From positions 4,774,001 to 4,838,000 of the forward strand of contig NC_091477.1 of NCBI RefSeq assembly GCF_036971445.1: a DNA stretch of 64,000 nucleotides, in the 5' to 3' direction. The translations under genes were made by a program, and so were the position numbers. Shown here in pieces: positions 39,420 to 51,901 of the stretch (position 1 is its first letter; every line of letters begins with the position of its first letter). Origin of the DNA: Narcine bancroftii. Taxonomy: Eukaryota. A model generated the notes under the pieces. The model was not told the origin of the DNA and searched no databases. It saw only the letters and a list, made by a program, of their open reading frames with translations.

Positions 39420-40240
39420 TAGAGGGATCTAGACCAGCTGAAAATATGAGATGAAAATGGCAGATGGAATTTAATAAAAACAATTGTTTGGTGTTGTACT
39501 TTGGAAAGACAAATCAAGGTACACGGTGAATGTTAGGGCATGAGGTGTGCGACAGAGCAGAGGGATATGGTAATACAAATACATCATTCCCTGAAACTAG
39601 AGTCTCATGTGGATAGGCTTGTAAAGAGAGCTTTAGGAATATTGGTCTTTATAAATCAGAGCATTTAATACAGGAGTTGGGTGTTATGGTAAAGTTGTAC
39701 AAAACATTGGTAAGGCAAAGTTTGGAGTATTGTGTGCAGTTTTGGTCACCTAACTACAGAAAAGATATTAACAAGACAGAAAGTGCAGAGAAGATTTATT
39801 AAGATGTTCGCCGGACCTAAGAAACTGAGCTACAGGAAAATGTTCAACAGGTTAGGTCTTTATTCTCTGGAGCACAGAAGAATGAGGGGAGATTTGACAG
39901 AGGTGTTTAAAATTATGAGCGAGATAGACAGAGTAAATGTAGTTAGGCTTTTTTTTCACTGAGGGTGGGTGAGATACAAACCAGAAGACATAGGTTAAGT
40001 GTGGAAGGGGAAGGATTTAGGGGGAACATGAGGGAAAGCTTCTTCACAGAATGTAGGGTGGCAGTGTGGAACGAGCTTTCAGCTGCATTGTTGAATGCGG
40101 GGTCAATTTTAACATTTAAGAATGATTTCAACGTGTGCACGGTTGGCTATGGATTGGGTGCAGGTAAGTGGGACTAGGCAATATATAATTCGCCACAGAC
40201 TAGAAGGGCAAATGCGCCAGTTTCTGTGGTTGTAATTCTT
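39420..40240 (+). mobile_element. CR1-clade LINE 3' fragment
   Basis: KVQRRFIKM...RLGLYSLEHRRMRGDL, FFTECRVAVWNEL. Confidence 0.85.
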
Positions 40241-40954
40241 ACTCAAGATTTCGGCTAAAGGGGACAATGATGCCATGTTCACCTTCCTCAGCACAGTCTA
40301 CACGTGTTCCACTTTTTCAGAAGCTCTGGGCTTGATCCCCCAGGTCTCTTTTTTAACGACACCCCTTAGAGCTCCGGCATTTACTTTGTAATGATATAGT
40401 CCACTGGCTTTTCCCCACGGATTTGCTATTCGTAATTTACAACAGAGACAAATATGTTGTCTCCCGAAAAATACATTTGTGTGGTCTATCCTTTTCAGAT
40501 ATATTCCTTTTTCCCGTCCTCCACTCCCCAACTTCACTGCCAATGAAGACTATTTTATTTCTTTCACAGTTGTGACCAAAGGCCCCACACCTTCCGCGCT
40601 AATTGTTTTACAGACGAGGCACGAGGTAATCATCGTTTCCAGCAATAGTCATTTTGTTGCAGATAAGAATTCAGTTCAGATCAGATTTAAATTTGCCTCA
40701 ACATATAGGCGAAATTACGGAAAACTTGAAATCGTAATAAAACTTAGATCAATTTTAAACTGTAATTGTAATAACTTAGATAAAGTTAAGATTATAAGGA
40801 TCATTGTGTAATACTTTTGTTAAGAAAGTACCACGTGCGGAACAACAATAATTCAAGTTCATGTCGACCAAGGGTCTTTCCTGAGCTCGCCCTGCTCCTC
40901 TGCAAATGTTCCATATTAAGTTCATGATCACCTGACTGTACATATACAATCAGA

Positions 40955-41180
40955 CGAAGGAGTAAAACACGAAGGTCTGCAGACACAGTGATTGAAGTAA
41001 AACACAACGCTGGAGAAACCCAGCAGGTCAAACAGTGTACTTTATGTAGCAAAGATAAAAATGCAAAGATACGAGATTGCTACCTTGATGAAGCCGGAAA
41101 CGTTGGTTAGTGTTTTATATTTGCCATATTAATGTACAGTGTTTGACTTGCTGTGTTTTTACAGCATTGTGTTTTTACAA
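40955..41180. repeat. Short palindromic element with ~44-bp inverted arms (Penelope-associated/MITE-like)
   Basis: Arm 40997-41040 is an imperfect reverse complement of 41134-41178; the centre contains TTGATGAAGCCGGAAACG. Confidence 0.65.
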
Positions 41181-41299
41181 CGAGACGAAGCTGCATTTGT
41201 CCGGATCATAGTCCACACACATAATACGCAACACCTGATAATCAGAATTAGATAGATAGATAGCAGAATGTAACCGTGATTTAAAAAAATTCGGACTCA

Positions 41300-41510
41300 T
41301 TTACTCGTTGCATTTATAAGGGACACGAGGATACGCGATACCGTTTATCAGTCTCATAACCTGCTGGATGAAGCTTTTCCCGAGTGTGACAGCTCTGATT
41401 TTGATGCCGTTGTACCTCCTTTCTTCTGGTCGTAGGCCAACGATCCTGTGTGATGGGTGATAGGGATCCTCAATTTTCTGCACCCTATTTAAGGATTTTT
41501 TATGCAATGA
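41300..41510 (-). mobile_element. Rex1/Babar-like LINE 3' remnant
   Basis: DPYHPSH....RRYNGIKIRAVTLGKSFIQQVMRLIN resembles the C-terminus of Rex1/Babar-type ORFs. Confidence 0.55.
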
Positions 41511-42362
41511 GCAATAAAGAAATGAAAACCCTATCGCCGAAGTGAGAATTAATGCATTTGACCTCCAGGTATTATTTGATCAATTGAAGCGCCAAGCAGA
41601 TTGTGAACGCCTTGTGACTCCTTTATGTGCGCACGTGTAGACTTGGGGTGATGAATGAAAGAATTGTGGATACAACCTGAGAATTATCTTGATGCTAATC
41701 GCGTGGCATTCTATAAATGCAAAATGCAAAAAAAAAAGTGTGGATTTGCACTTTCCCGGAAATTAGGCATTTCATTCTTGTTAGGGGATATATTGTCAAG
41801 GCAAATTCTGTCCCAACCAGAATTAATATGGTATTGTAATGTAGCAGGAATTTCAAACCATCTTTTATTCCTCTTTTCTTTAAATTCGCTATTAATGAGC
41901 TCCCTTTTAAATTCCCGAAACCGGCCCTCACTATCTGGAAGGTAAAACTGACAGGATCATATTACTTTCCATTGTTCAATACGTTGTTCTTTTTGGAAAA
42001 CGTGTTTATTGTTAAGATGTATGAATTTACTCCATCAAAGAGGGTGATACTGACGTAGTTTTTGAAGAAACATGTTTTGAAATATCCCTCACCTGCGATT
42101 ACCAGATCAAATCAAATTGCAAGCAAATTCTTTTTTCTCTGACAGGACACGTCGGATCACAAAAATATTGATGTCCTCATTTTATTCTTAATAAAGATTT
42201 TCGAGTGATTCCGTAGGCCGTTTTATTATTATGGCCAAAAAAAATTTCTAACTCTAGGAACGATGACGTTCGAAGTTAAATGGTGAACACAAACTAAAGA
42301 GGCAATTTTATAATTATTTGATATTTATAGTTGTACACCAGAAAATGTTAAGATGAACTTTG

Positions 42363-42470
42363 CAGCTTTAAGAACTGAGCCTGTCGTTGTTGAAAAGGAC
42401 TGGTTGTGTCGCTGTCGACCAATGGGAAGCTCAGCCTCACAGATGGATCCATTGCCCCTCCCACATCGCG
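42363..42470 (+). promoter_or_regulatory. Pcdh promoter/CSE of gene 5
   Basis: CTTTAAGAA at 42366, GTGTCGCTGTCGACCAATGG at 42406-42425, GGATCCATT at 42445, C-rich box. Confidence 0.85.
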
Positions 42471-42669
42471 GAATAAAGTCACCGGAGTCGACGAGAAAGG
42501 CGAGCAGTGCTTGAGATGAGTTGTGTGATTAAGCTGAGAAAATCAACATTCTCGTCTTTGCAGATACTCCGTTCGGAAAATATATTTCTACGTTCAATTT
42601 GTGATAAGCGTCTTTTCGGACGAATGGAGTAGAGGCCTGCAGTGAAAGAAAAACATTGAATGCGGAAAA

Positions 42670-45048
42670 ATGGCGTACCCACCGAGATTTACCTTCGGTG
42701 CAATTGCTTTCATGTATCTCTTGTATGGTTCAGACCTAGCTTCCGGGCAAGTGCATTATTCAGTTTTTGAGGAACTGGATGAAGGGGCATTTGTTGGGAA
42801 TATCGCTCAGGATTTAGGCTTGAATATACGGCAATTATCAGCTCGCAAACTACGACTGACCGCTGACGATGGAGGACGGTACATGAAGGTTAGTTTGGAC
42901 GATGGGCTGTTGTGTATTCATGAAAGAATCGACCGGGAACATATTTGTGGACAAGCAGCTTCATGTGCAATATCTTTTGAAATAATACTAGAGTACCCTT
43001 TGGAGGTGTACCGCGGGGAAGTGGAAATTCTTGATATAAATGATAATTCACCCATGTTCCGGGACAGTAAGATTGCTTTACAGATGTCCGAAGTAATTGC
43101 ACCTGGGACACGTTTCCCTCTCAAGAGGGCGCAAGATCCAGACATTGGAATAAATACAATTGCTGATTACGCCATCAGTTTCAGCGAAAATTTCAGCGTA
43201 AAATCACACAGAACCGATGATGGGATTGTAACTGCCGAGTTGATTTTAGATAAACATTTGGATCGAGAACTGCAGCCATCATTTCAGCTGATTTTGACGG
43301 CGACTGACGGTGGGGTCCCTCCGAGATCAGGCACAGCTCATATCCTCATTACAGTACTGGACAATAACGATAACCCACCAGTCTTTGATCAAGAGGTTTA
43401 CAGAACGAGTTTGAGTGAAAACGGACCTTTGGGAACCTTGGTGATGAACGTCAAAGCAACCGATTTAGACGAAGGGTTGAATGCTGAGCTCACATATTCT
43501 TTCAGTGATCTTGCCTCGTCAAGAGTGCGTGAACTGTTCATTTTGGACCGCCAGACTGGGGAGATACGTACTAAAGGACCGCTAGATTTTGAGGAAGCGA
43601 GCAGTTATTCACTCGACGTTCAGGCTGTGGACCACGGGTCCCCTGCAATTTCAGGACACGCCAAAGTATTGATCAAGGTAATTGATACTAATGACAACTC
43701 GCCCGATATAAAACTGATATCTACTTCCATCAGGCTTCCAGAGAATGCTCTGCCGGGAACTTTGATAACATTGTTCAATGTCATTGATCACGATTCTGGA
43801 GAAAATGGAGAAGTGCAATGTGATATCCCAAAGAACATCCCATTTAGGCTTCAGTCGTCTTCGAAGAATCATTATAAATTGTTCACCAGTGCACCTTTGG
43901 ACCGTGAATCTGTTCCCGAGTATAAAATATCTCTTGCCGCCTGGGATTTGGGGTCGCCTTCACTCTCAAGTAATAGAACCATCCAGATTATTATTTCAGA
44001 TGTGAACGATAACACGCCACGGTTTGCTGAATCATCCTTTAACATATACGTGACGGAGAATAACACACCCGGTACTTCTATCTTCGCAGTAACTGCAACA
44101 GACCTTGATGAGGATCAGAATTCCCTTGTTTCATATTCTTTTTTGGAGAACTTTATCCAAGAGTTCCCAGTGTCCGCTTACCTCAGCATTAACTCAATGA
44201 ACGGTACCATTTACGCGCTACGTTCGTTTGACTATGAGGCTACGAAAACCTTTCGGATCTATGTTGAAGCCCGTGACGCAGGAGTGCCCCGTTTGAGCAG
44301 TACTGCCTCGGTCAACGTGATCGTTCTGGATCAAAATGACAACGCTCCTGTAATTCTTTCACATTCAACAGGAAGGGGACCAGCAACTGTTGAGATCGTG
44401 CCTCAGTCAGCAGGACAAGGGTACGTGATCACGAAGATAAAAGCAACTGATTCGGATTCTGGGCAGAACGCACGGCTCTCCTATCAAATGCTGAAATCTA
44501 CCGATCCCAGTTTGTTTGATGTTCGGCCGAACTCCGGAGAAATCCGAATGACCAGAACCGTTCTGGAGTCGGATGCCACCACACATTCCCTTGTGGTCCT
44601 CGTGAAAGACAATGGGCAACCGAGCCTCTCCAGTACAGTTACAATTCCCATTTCGATATCAGAGAACATCACTGACAGTCGTCACTTGACAGCGAATCCC
44701 GAACCAATCTCTGAGCAAGATCTTTACTTGATGGTCCTTTTTGGTTGCACATCTGTTCTCTTTCTTGTGATCATAATTCTGCTCATTGGTGTAAAATGCG
44801 CACAGGACCGAAGTACCATTCAAGGAGGATATGCTTCTCCAACTTGTTGCTACAAACCTGAACATTCCGCAGATACCTATGATCGAAGATTTGCAATGGA
44901 GGAAACATTGCGGTATTCTGCGTCTGGACGGATGGTGCGTGTGCCAGAAGAGCCTCATTACTCGGTCTGTCTGTCTCCAGAATCAGCGAAGACTGACTTT
45001 CTCTTTTTGAAACCACGCGTCGTCCCCACAGCTCAAGCGCAATGCTAA
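42670..45048 (+). CDS. Clustered protocadherin 5, 792 aa, intact, divergent from genes 1-4
   Basis: Signal peptide, six EC repeats, CGQAASC, TM, tail YSVCLSPESAKTDFLFLKP..AQAQC-stop; AATAAA at 45218-45223. Confidence 0.95.
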   Translation: MAYPPRFTFGAIAFMYLLYGSDLASGQVHYSVFEELDEGAFVGNIAQDLGLNIRQLSARKLRLTADDGGRYMKVSLDDGLLCIHERIDREHICGQAASCAISFEIILEYPLEVYRGEVEILDINDNSPMFRDSKIALQMSEVIAPGTRFPLKRAQDPDIGINTIADYAISFSENFSVKSHRTDDGIVTAELILDKHLDRELQPSFQLILTATDGGVPPRSGTAHILITVLDNNDNPPVFDQEVYRTSLSENGPLGTLVMNVKATDLDEGLNAELTYSFSDLASSRVRELFILDRQTGEIRTKGPLDFEEASSYSLDVQAVDHGSPAISGHAKVLIKVIDTNDNSPDIKLISTSIRLPENALPGTLITLFNVIDHDSGENGEVQCDIPKNIPFRLQSSSKNHYKLFTSAPLDRESVPEYKISLAAWDLGSPSLSSNRTIQIIISDVNDNTPRFAESSFNIYVTENNTPGTSIFAVTATDLDEDQNSLVSYSFLENFIQEFPVSAYLSINSMNGTIYALRSFDYEATKTFRIYVEARDAGVPRLSSTASVNVIVLDQNDNAPVILSHSTGRGPATVEIVPQSAGQGYVITKIKATDSDSGQNARLSYQMLKSTDPSLFDVRPNSGEIRMTRTVLESDATTHSLVVLVKDNGQPSLSSTVTIPISISENITDSRHLTANPEPISEQDLYLMVLFGCTSVLFLVIIILLIGVKCAQDRSTIQGGYASPTCCYKPEHSADTYDRRFAMEETLRYSASGRMVRVPEEPHYSVCLSPESAKTDFLFLKPRVVPTAQAQC

Positions 45049-46115
45049 AATGGATTATGATTTCCCAAATCACAGTTATTGCCAGTCTTCCACCCTTCTC
45101 CCAGAACTCAGAATATAATTCATTGTGCGTAAAGTCCAGACAGATATATCCCCCTTGTTTATGTTTCTTTTTTTTTGTTTGCACATGAAAATGTGCGTTA
45201 ATTGTGCTATTTACAAAAATAAAGGTTTCAGTAACTGGTAAAAAGCAGCTTAAAGTGGGGTTTATTTTGACGACTAGTTGCCGATCACCAGAATCAATCT
45301 AAACAGTGCTTCCATACAGCTTTACAAACAATTAAAGCACATGCCGTTGGAGATCCCGTGAATTCAATTTGTCTCAATTGTGTCTGGACCTAGATTCTGC
45401 ATCGGTATCCAGCCAAACCTATTCAGTTATAAAGCAAGCGAAATATGGTATTAAAGGTACCCATTTGAAACTTAATACTGATCAATTCACCGACCTATTC
45501 GAATCATTATTACATGACCTTAAACGAATATTTTGCAATCACTAACAGCACGAGTTATGTAAAATATTCGACACAAAAGCAGACCAATAGGTATTTGTTG
45601 ATACTCCACAGGACTGGGGAGCATACTAAATGAAAATGGGAAAAATGAAACTTCTGGAAATATTTATGGTTAAAATGTTGGAAAACATATTAGGTCAAAA
45701 GCAGCTGCACAAGTAGGAATAAAGCCCGACATTGCCTGATTTTATATGGTGCGTAATCAATGACAACGGCAGAACGGGATGCGCATGCCCTGTACATGAT
45801 TGTGCTGAGAGTATAAATTGAATAAAACATTTAGATTACTGTTGAAGACAAACGGTTTATAACTTTGGTTGAAGGCCGAATGGTTCAAGATCCGATGGTA
45901 CATATTTATTGAAAAATAAATTTGAAGCTAACAAGTATTTGGAAACTTCGAGTTTCAATGCCGGAAAAAGGAATCGCATCTGACTGCAAGGTGAGATTTT
46001 GTGCTCGTTTAAACCAACTGTACCAAAATTATGTCGCGTGCACCAAATTGACAGTGAACCCAGTAGTGCTGAGATCTCTCTCTCTCTCTCTCTCTCCGCC
46101 TCGCTCTGTTCCTGT

Positions 46116-46279
46116 NNNNNNNNNNNNNNNNNNNNNNNNNNNNNNNNNNNNNNNNNNNNNNNNNNNNNNNNNNNNNNNNNNNNNNNNNNNNNNNNNNNNN
46201 NNNNNNNNNNNNNNNNNNNNNNNNNNNNNNNNNNNNNNNNNNNNNNNNNNNNNNNNNNNNNNNNNNNNNNNNNNNNNNN
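46116..46279. other. Assembly gap next to (CT)n
   Basis: N run. Confidence 0.95.
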
Positions 46280-46649
46280 CTAAGATAGAGGTGGTTGCTG
46301 ATGCGCGGGAAGTTATAATGTCGGATAACGTGTTAGAATTAACGCAATGACATGTTAAGCCAAAAGTATATTTCATTCCCACGGTAAGACAATTCTAGCA
46401 ATTTATGGGAAGCATCATTAAGATAAACACAGTTTCCATAATCGTTCAAACCTTGACAACTTAGCCATTTCAAACACATAAAACAAAATTGATTTCGAGA
46501 TACTTTGCGTTCAGAAGAAGGTTTAACATCCAAGATGTTTTGAGATGGGGAGGCGGATGGTGTGGGTTTACTCTGTCATAATTTCCCGTCCCTGGACAGA
46601 ACATGAGCGCAATGTACTATTGTATCTAACAGCAACCCATTTCACAAAT

Positions 46650-47050
46650 CTGTAGAATAATGCAGTACACGAAAAGTTCCTTCGGCCAACGTTTCTGCGT
46701 CAAACATAATGCTCATATTGAACTAAGGCACTTCTGCTTGCACATGATGCACATTCTTCTATTACCTGAATATTCAGGAATCTATCTAGATGTCCCTTAA
46801 ATCCTACTGTTCTTTCTGCTTCCACCACTACTACAGCCAGTTCGAGGCACCAACGAGTTACTGCGTAAAAATGTTCTGCAGAGCTTTAAAGTTTCCCCTT
46901 GGCTCCTTACCCGCAGGGTCCCCAGTATATAATATTCCTACCCTGTAAAAAAGTTTCTGTCTATCCTATTAACGCCTCTCATCACTCCACAAACTTCTAA
47001 CAGTTCCTCGGTCAGCGTCCTGAACTTCAAATAAAACGACCCTCTCCACA
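46650..47050 (-). mobile_element. Highly degraded CR1 3' end
   Basis: Loose similarity to the minus-strand CR1 ends at 8145-8590 and 57450-57655. Confidence 0.45.
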
Positions 47051-47879
47051 ACAACATGGAGAGACGTTGGTGTTATTTCGACAGCACGAGGAGAGTACCC
47101 CATTGTTGTCGCTGGTGCAACAGGTTCTACTCAGACATGGAAATGTGCTGATATATCACCAGCGGTGTGGCGTCGACACCAGTGCGATCGGAAGCTGGGT
47201 AAAAAGTCGCTTGTATCACCTCGGCTCTTTCCTGACGAGAAAACCCGACACCAGACTCATATTGGGCTTATTTCATTTGGGGACAGCGATAAATATTTTG
47301 ATTCATTACATGCACGATCCAAGATTCAATATCCCATTTATCCTCGACTGACGAATTCGGGGAAATTTAGCGAATTTAGAATATGATCTTTCGTAAGAGA
47401 ATAGTTGTGGGTAAATAGCTGAAATTGCTGCATAATACTTTATGGAGATAGTTCACGTCGATAAAAAGCTTAAAAATGTCCAAAATATTTACAGCGACTT
47501 TCCGATGGCACCACTAAGAAGTGTAGGGTGATTCCATCTGCTGGAAGAGGTCAATTTCGTTAACACAAATCTTGAACTGGGAATTCATGTGGCACAAGGT
47601 CCATTTAGCTACCATTTCACAGGTACAAAATGTGGATGAGTGTAATGAAGGAATGAAGATGGCTGATTTCTGATCAAAGGAGCAATACACACGTGGAACC
47701 ACAGGAGGAAGATAACATGTAACATCAATATTTCTTATCATTAATTGAAATTGCATTGAGAGATTTCAAGGAAGGGACTGGTATTACAACACCAGCGAGC
47801 CGGTTCTAATCCAGCGCTGTCTGTAAAGAGAAGGCTCTAGTCTGTTGAAAACTGGATGGCACTGGATCATTTGCAAAAC

Positions 47880-48930
47880 TGGTAATGCCGTAGTTCAGTA
47901 AGTTTTCAGATGGCGCAACAATTGTTGGAATTCTGTATAGTGGGGAAGGTTGTCAATTGATGTAGGAGGGTGTTGAAAATCTGAGCACCAAAAATTTAGA
48001 TGGAGTTTACTCGGACAAATGTGAGGTGCTACAAGCCTGAATATTACATTTAAATGGAAAGGGTGCAGTAAATGGCAGGAGAATTAGGAATGTATGTTCA
48101 GAGAGGTCTTCCACTGCATGTTCATCATCCATAACATTGGAATTAAAAGTAGAAAGTTAAATTACGCACGTGAAACGACTTCCTTTAAAGGCCCGAGTGG
48201 AGACTGTAAAAGTTGGGAAGTCTGTTGTAATTTCACAAAACCCGGCCACTTTAGAGGTATTGCGCCTAATTCTGGACACCTCACGACAGAACCAATATGG
48301 AGCCTTTGGGAAAGGTTCGGAAGAGATTCGCATATACAATGCTTGGATTAGAAATTGCGAGGATTACTTGAACGAACGGATTCTTTTCTCTGCAGCATCG
48401 GAGGCTGTGCGGGTGGTCTCAAATATTCTCATGAGTATATAACGACTTGAGAGGCATAGACAGCGTATATATCTTTTTTTCACGGTGGAAATGCGAAATA
48501 CGAGATGATACAACTTTAAAATGAAAGAGGAAAATTTAAAGCAGATTTATGACGAAAATTCGATACACAAAAAACAGAAAATGTCCGGGNNNNNNNNNNN
48601 NNNNNNNNNNNNNNNNNNNNNNNNNNNNNNNNNNNNNNNNNNNNNNNNNNNNNNNNNNNNNNNNNNNNNNNNNNNNNNNNNNNNNNNNNNNNNNNNNNNN
48701 NNNNNNNNNNNNNNNNNNNNNNNNNNNNNNNNNNNNNNNNNNNNNNNNNNNNNNNNNNNNNNNNNNNNNNNNCAAAGTTTCCGAGGCATTTAAATATTTA
48801 AATGGAAGGGACAGGAATGGAGCAATGTAGACCATGTGGAGACTGATGGCATATGTTTAAATTGCTGTCTTGGTTAGTACAGACATGATGGGGTTGAAGG
48901 ACTTATGGGTGTACTGCTCTGTGTTCTAAG
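47880..48930 (+). mobile_element. Degraded CR1 LINE 3' portion (gap at 48590-48772)
   Basis: Colinear loose similarity to the CR1 copies at 39420-40240 and 55560-56580; ends gtgttcta. Confidence 0.6.
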
Positions 48931-49384
48931 AAATGTTAGGCCCACTCATATGAGAACACGTGTGTTAAAGTGGACCTGCAAACACTTGACAAACGCACAC
49001 AACTACAGCTGAAAAGCACTATTTCTGTTTTTGCAAAGCGTATGAAATCCGTTACAGAATGGGGCACTGCTACCTGCAACTAAGCTCACCACAGGGAGCT
49101 CCGCCTGGCTCAAAGCCACCCCCTCCCATACACACAGAGATTATTTTGATTTTTCAGAACATTCACACAACTGTTTACACATTTACATATTTCTTAGAAT
49201 CTTTGGGGGATTTATTAATCAGGGCCATGTCCCTGACCCAATGATTAATAGTCTTTCGCTGTATTCGCCAAATATAGTGTTTTTGCTCTTCATAATCAAC
49301 TTTAATCATGCTGAATGATCAAAATATGCCATGGAATGTTCTCTGCTATAATATTTCGTTTACTACTTTAAAACGTGCATTCTC

Positions 49385-49468
49385 TGGAAGTGCCTGAGGC
49401 CAGGATTGTCTCATGTTGCTGCATCCGTGCGGTACAGGTACACTAACCGCGCCTCCGTGCCGCCCTTA
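49385..49468 (-). mobile_element. tRNA-derived SINE head, degraded
   Basis: Reverse complement begins GGGCGGCACGG..GCGGTTAG (A-box-like). Confidence 0.45.
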
Positions 49469-50029
49469 AAACATTGTAATTTAGAAGCAACATCTGGTCA
49501 CAGCGATGACTATAAGCAAAAAAAAAAATTAAAAAATACGGTTGATTCGAAATATCATTCAGGACAGGAAGATTGGAAATAGGTCTCCCCCTTTAGAAAT
49601 TTTCTGATCTACTAAGGTAATGTAATTGCGACGACATTGCCGTATTTGATGATACCATCTAGTCTAAAGAATCCGAACAAGAAGACAGACTTATCCTTAA
49701 TCCTTCACTGAGATGGTGGCATCTCCGCTAGTGAAGCACTTCATGAATACCAGATAAGAGAATTAGAACTTCCTCAATTGTTCTGCACCACGCATGGCGA
49801 GTGCCAGAATCCCACCTCCACCCCACCTCTCAGATATGTCACTCACTGAGATGCACTACCTCAAATGAATATTAAAGGCCTACTGACCAATGTCGAACAA
49901 AACATTTTAAGACAGCTTAACTCGTCCAGGTTTGCGCCTCGTTCTATTTTCATTCGTGGCGTGAGCAATGTTTCTGTGGGAAGGATCTGAGCAGGTGGTT
50001 CCATCATATGTGTTCAATTTCGTCTGCAG

Positions 50030-50200
50030 ACCGCGCGGTGGCGCAGCGGTTAGTGTCGTGGCATCTCAACGTTAGGAACCCGGGTTGGATCCGAATCCGT
50101 GCACATTTTCGCCGTCAAACTTTCGTCCAGTTGCTGTTATTTCCTTTCTTAGGCCAAAAGTTTTTCCCTATGTTTATTGGATATTTTAAATTGCCTAAAT
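50030..50200 (+). mobile_element. tRNA-derived SINE (HE1-like), degraded
   Basis: A box GGTGGCGCAGCGGTTAG and B-box-like CCCGGGTTGGATCC. Confidence 0.6.
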
Positions 50201-51302
50201 ATGGAACACTGCAAAGAAAGCACACCATTGCGGCGTCGATGTGCATGTTCGATAGAGAATACTTTCAGGTGGTTTAACAGAAATGGGAAATTGGACAAAC
50301 GAAGCAGATCAATTCCACCCACACTCCCTACCGTCGGGCGAACATGTACTAAGTGGCTTCATTTCTGTAGTTGTAAGACTGACATGACTTAAACAATTCA
50401 GCTCAGGGCATTCGTGATGCCATAACGACTGAAATTTCCAGTTGTAATTAAATACTGAAAAAAAATCTGCATTTTCTACATGAATAGAGCAGCCAATTCC
50501 TAAACGGTGAGCATAACGTATCCCCCAATTCTAATTTTTGTGGCTCTATCCCAAGCGTTCTCACCTATGGCTTAGATGCTCTTTGCTTAGTAAGGAGATA
50601 AAGAAAACACACACAGAAATCCTGGAGAAACTCAGCAATGCCATAATGTAGCAAACGTTTATCAAGGGATTTCTTAAGGTAGGATGTGAGTGGAAAAAGA
50701 GCTGAGAACCATTTCCTTATCCTAACATACCCCTCTTATTTTTGTTTTTAGGTGAGTAGTGTAATGAATCATCGTATTTCCAACATTACATTTGAAAATT
50801 CCCTCCTGTCAGTTACTGTATCAAGGAAGCATGTTATAAATGTTTTCTCGCCATCTTCCATTAAATTTCCTGGCGCCAGGTCATGTATTCAGAACAGAAT
50901 TAATTACTCATTAAATGTATTAACTAGTCATTCTATAGTTTGATTACCTTTCTTTGTGTCCTTAATCTTGAAATTGTCCAGTGGCCAGCCTGCTTTTATT
51001 TCTCTGCTTTTAATAGGCTTTTACAAAATGTTCTTTTGGCTGAAGATTAGAACAGAATCAAGGACTTCGCATACACCCATTAGCAGTCTCCAGCACCAGG
51101 GTGTACGTTCCACCCTCCCCCCACAACATTGTCACCAGTGAACAGGTAGACTGTGTAGTATATCACTTTTATTGATAAGGCCTTTTCCATGGCTAACCAA
51201 CGCCGACAAGAATGTTGTCCTCAGAGGGTCGTCAGCCTAATCAGAGAATGTAGTATTTTAGTTCCGCATTTGACTATCTTTACGTTGGTCGTTAGCGACC
51301 TC

Positions 51303-51494
51303 AGTGACAAAAGACAAAGGAGGAAAAACCCAACACCCAACTCCATCCAACCAATTTTCCCCTGCAACCGCTGCAACCGTGTCTGCCTGTCCCGCATCGG
51401 ACTTGTCAGCCACAATCGAGCCTGCAGCTGACGAGGACTTTTACCCCCTCCATAAATCTTCGTCCGCGAAGCCAAGCCAAAGAAGAAAGAAAGA
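51303..51494 (+). mobile_element. RTE-clade LINE 3' fragment just upstream of promoter 6
   Basis: Very similar to the 3' end of the RTE in gene 4; 9-bp TSD AGCGACCTC at 51294-51302 and 51495-51503. Confidence 0.92.
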
Positions 51495-51600
51495 AGCGAC
51501 CTCCGTTTAATTATAATTGGACTCTTAATTGATACATAGATGTGCTAATGAAATAGAAAACTTTATGGCTAGTCAATGTTAAATATTTGTGAGAACTGTC

Positions 51601-51710
51601 TAGCTTTAAGAATAACCTATGCAGTTATTGCTGGAGACTGGTTGTGTCGCTGTGAACTAATCGGGATCTCAAACGCAGCGATGGATCCATTGTCCCGCCC
51701 ACAACCCAGA
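51601..51710 (+). promoter_or_regulatory. Pcdh promoter/CSE of pseudogene 6
   Basis: CTTTAAGAA at 51604, GTGTCGCTGTGAACTAATCG at 51644-51663 (CCAAT altered), GGATCCATT at 51683, CCCGCCC. Confidence 0.8.
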
Positions 51711-51901
51711 AAATAAAGATCAGAATCGATGAGAATCGCGAGGAGTATGTAAATTTAGATCGCGGAGTCAAGCTGAGAACGACAATCGGCCCTTATACCT
51801 GAAGCAGATCAAGATATAGCGGCAATAATTTCGTGATTAAAGCAGTGGTCCGGTTTAATCGAGTAAAGACCTGGTTTCGGAAATTATTCCATTGCGGCAC
51901 A

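Noticed and set aside
50030-50100. tRNA-like sequence
   Set aside because: A/B-box-like motifs only, no convincing cloverleaf; better explained as a SINE head
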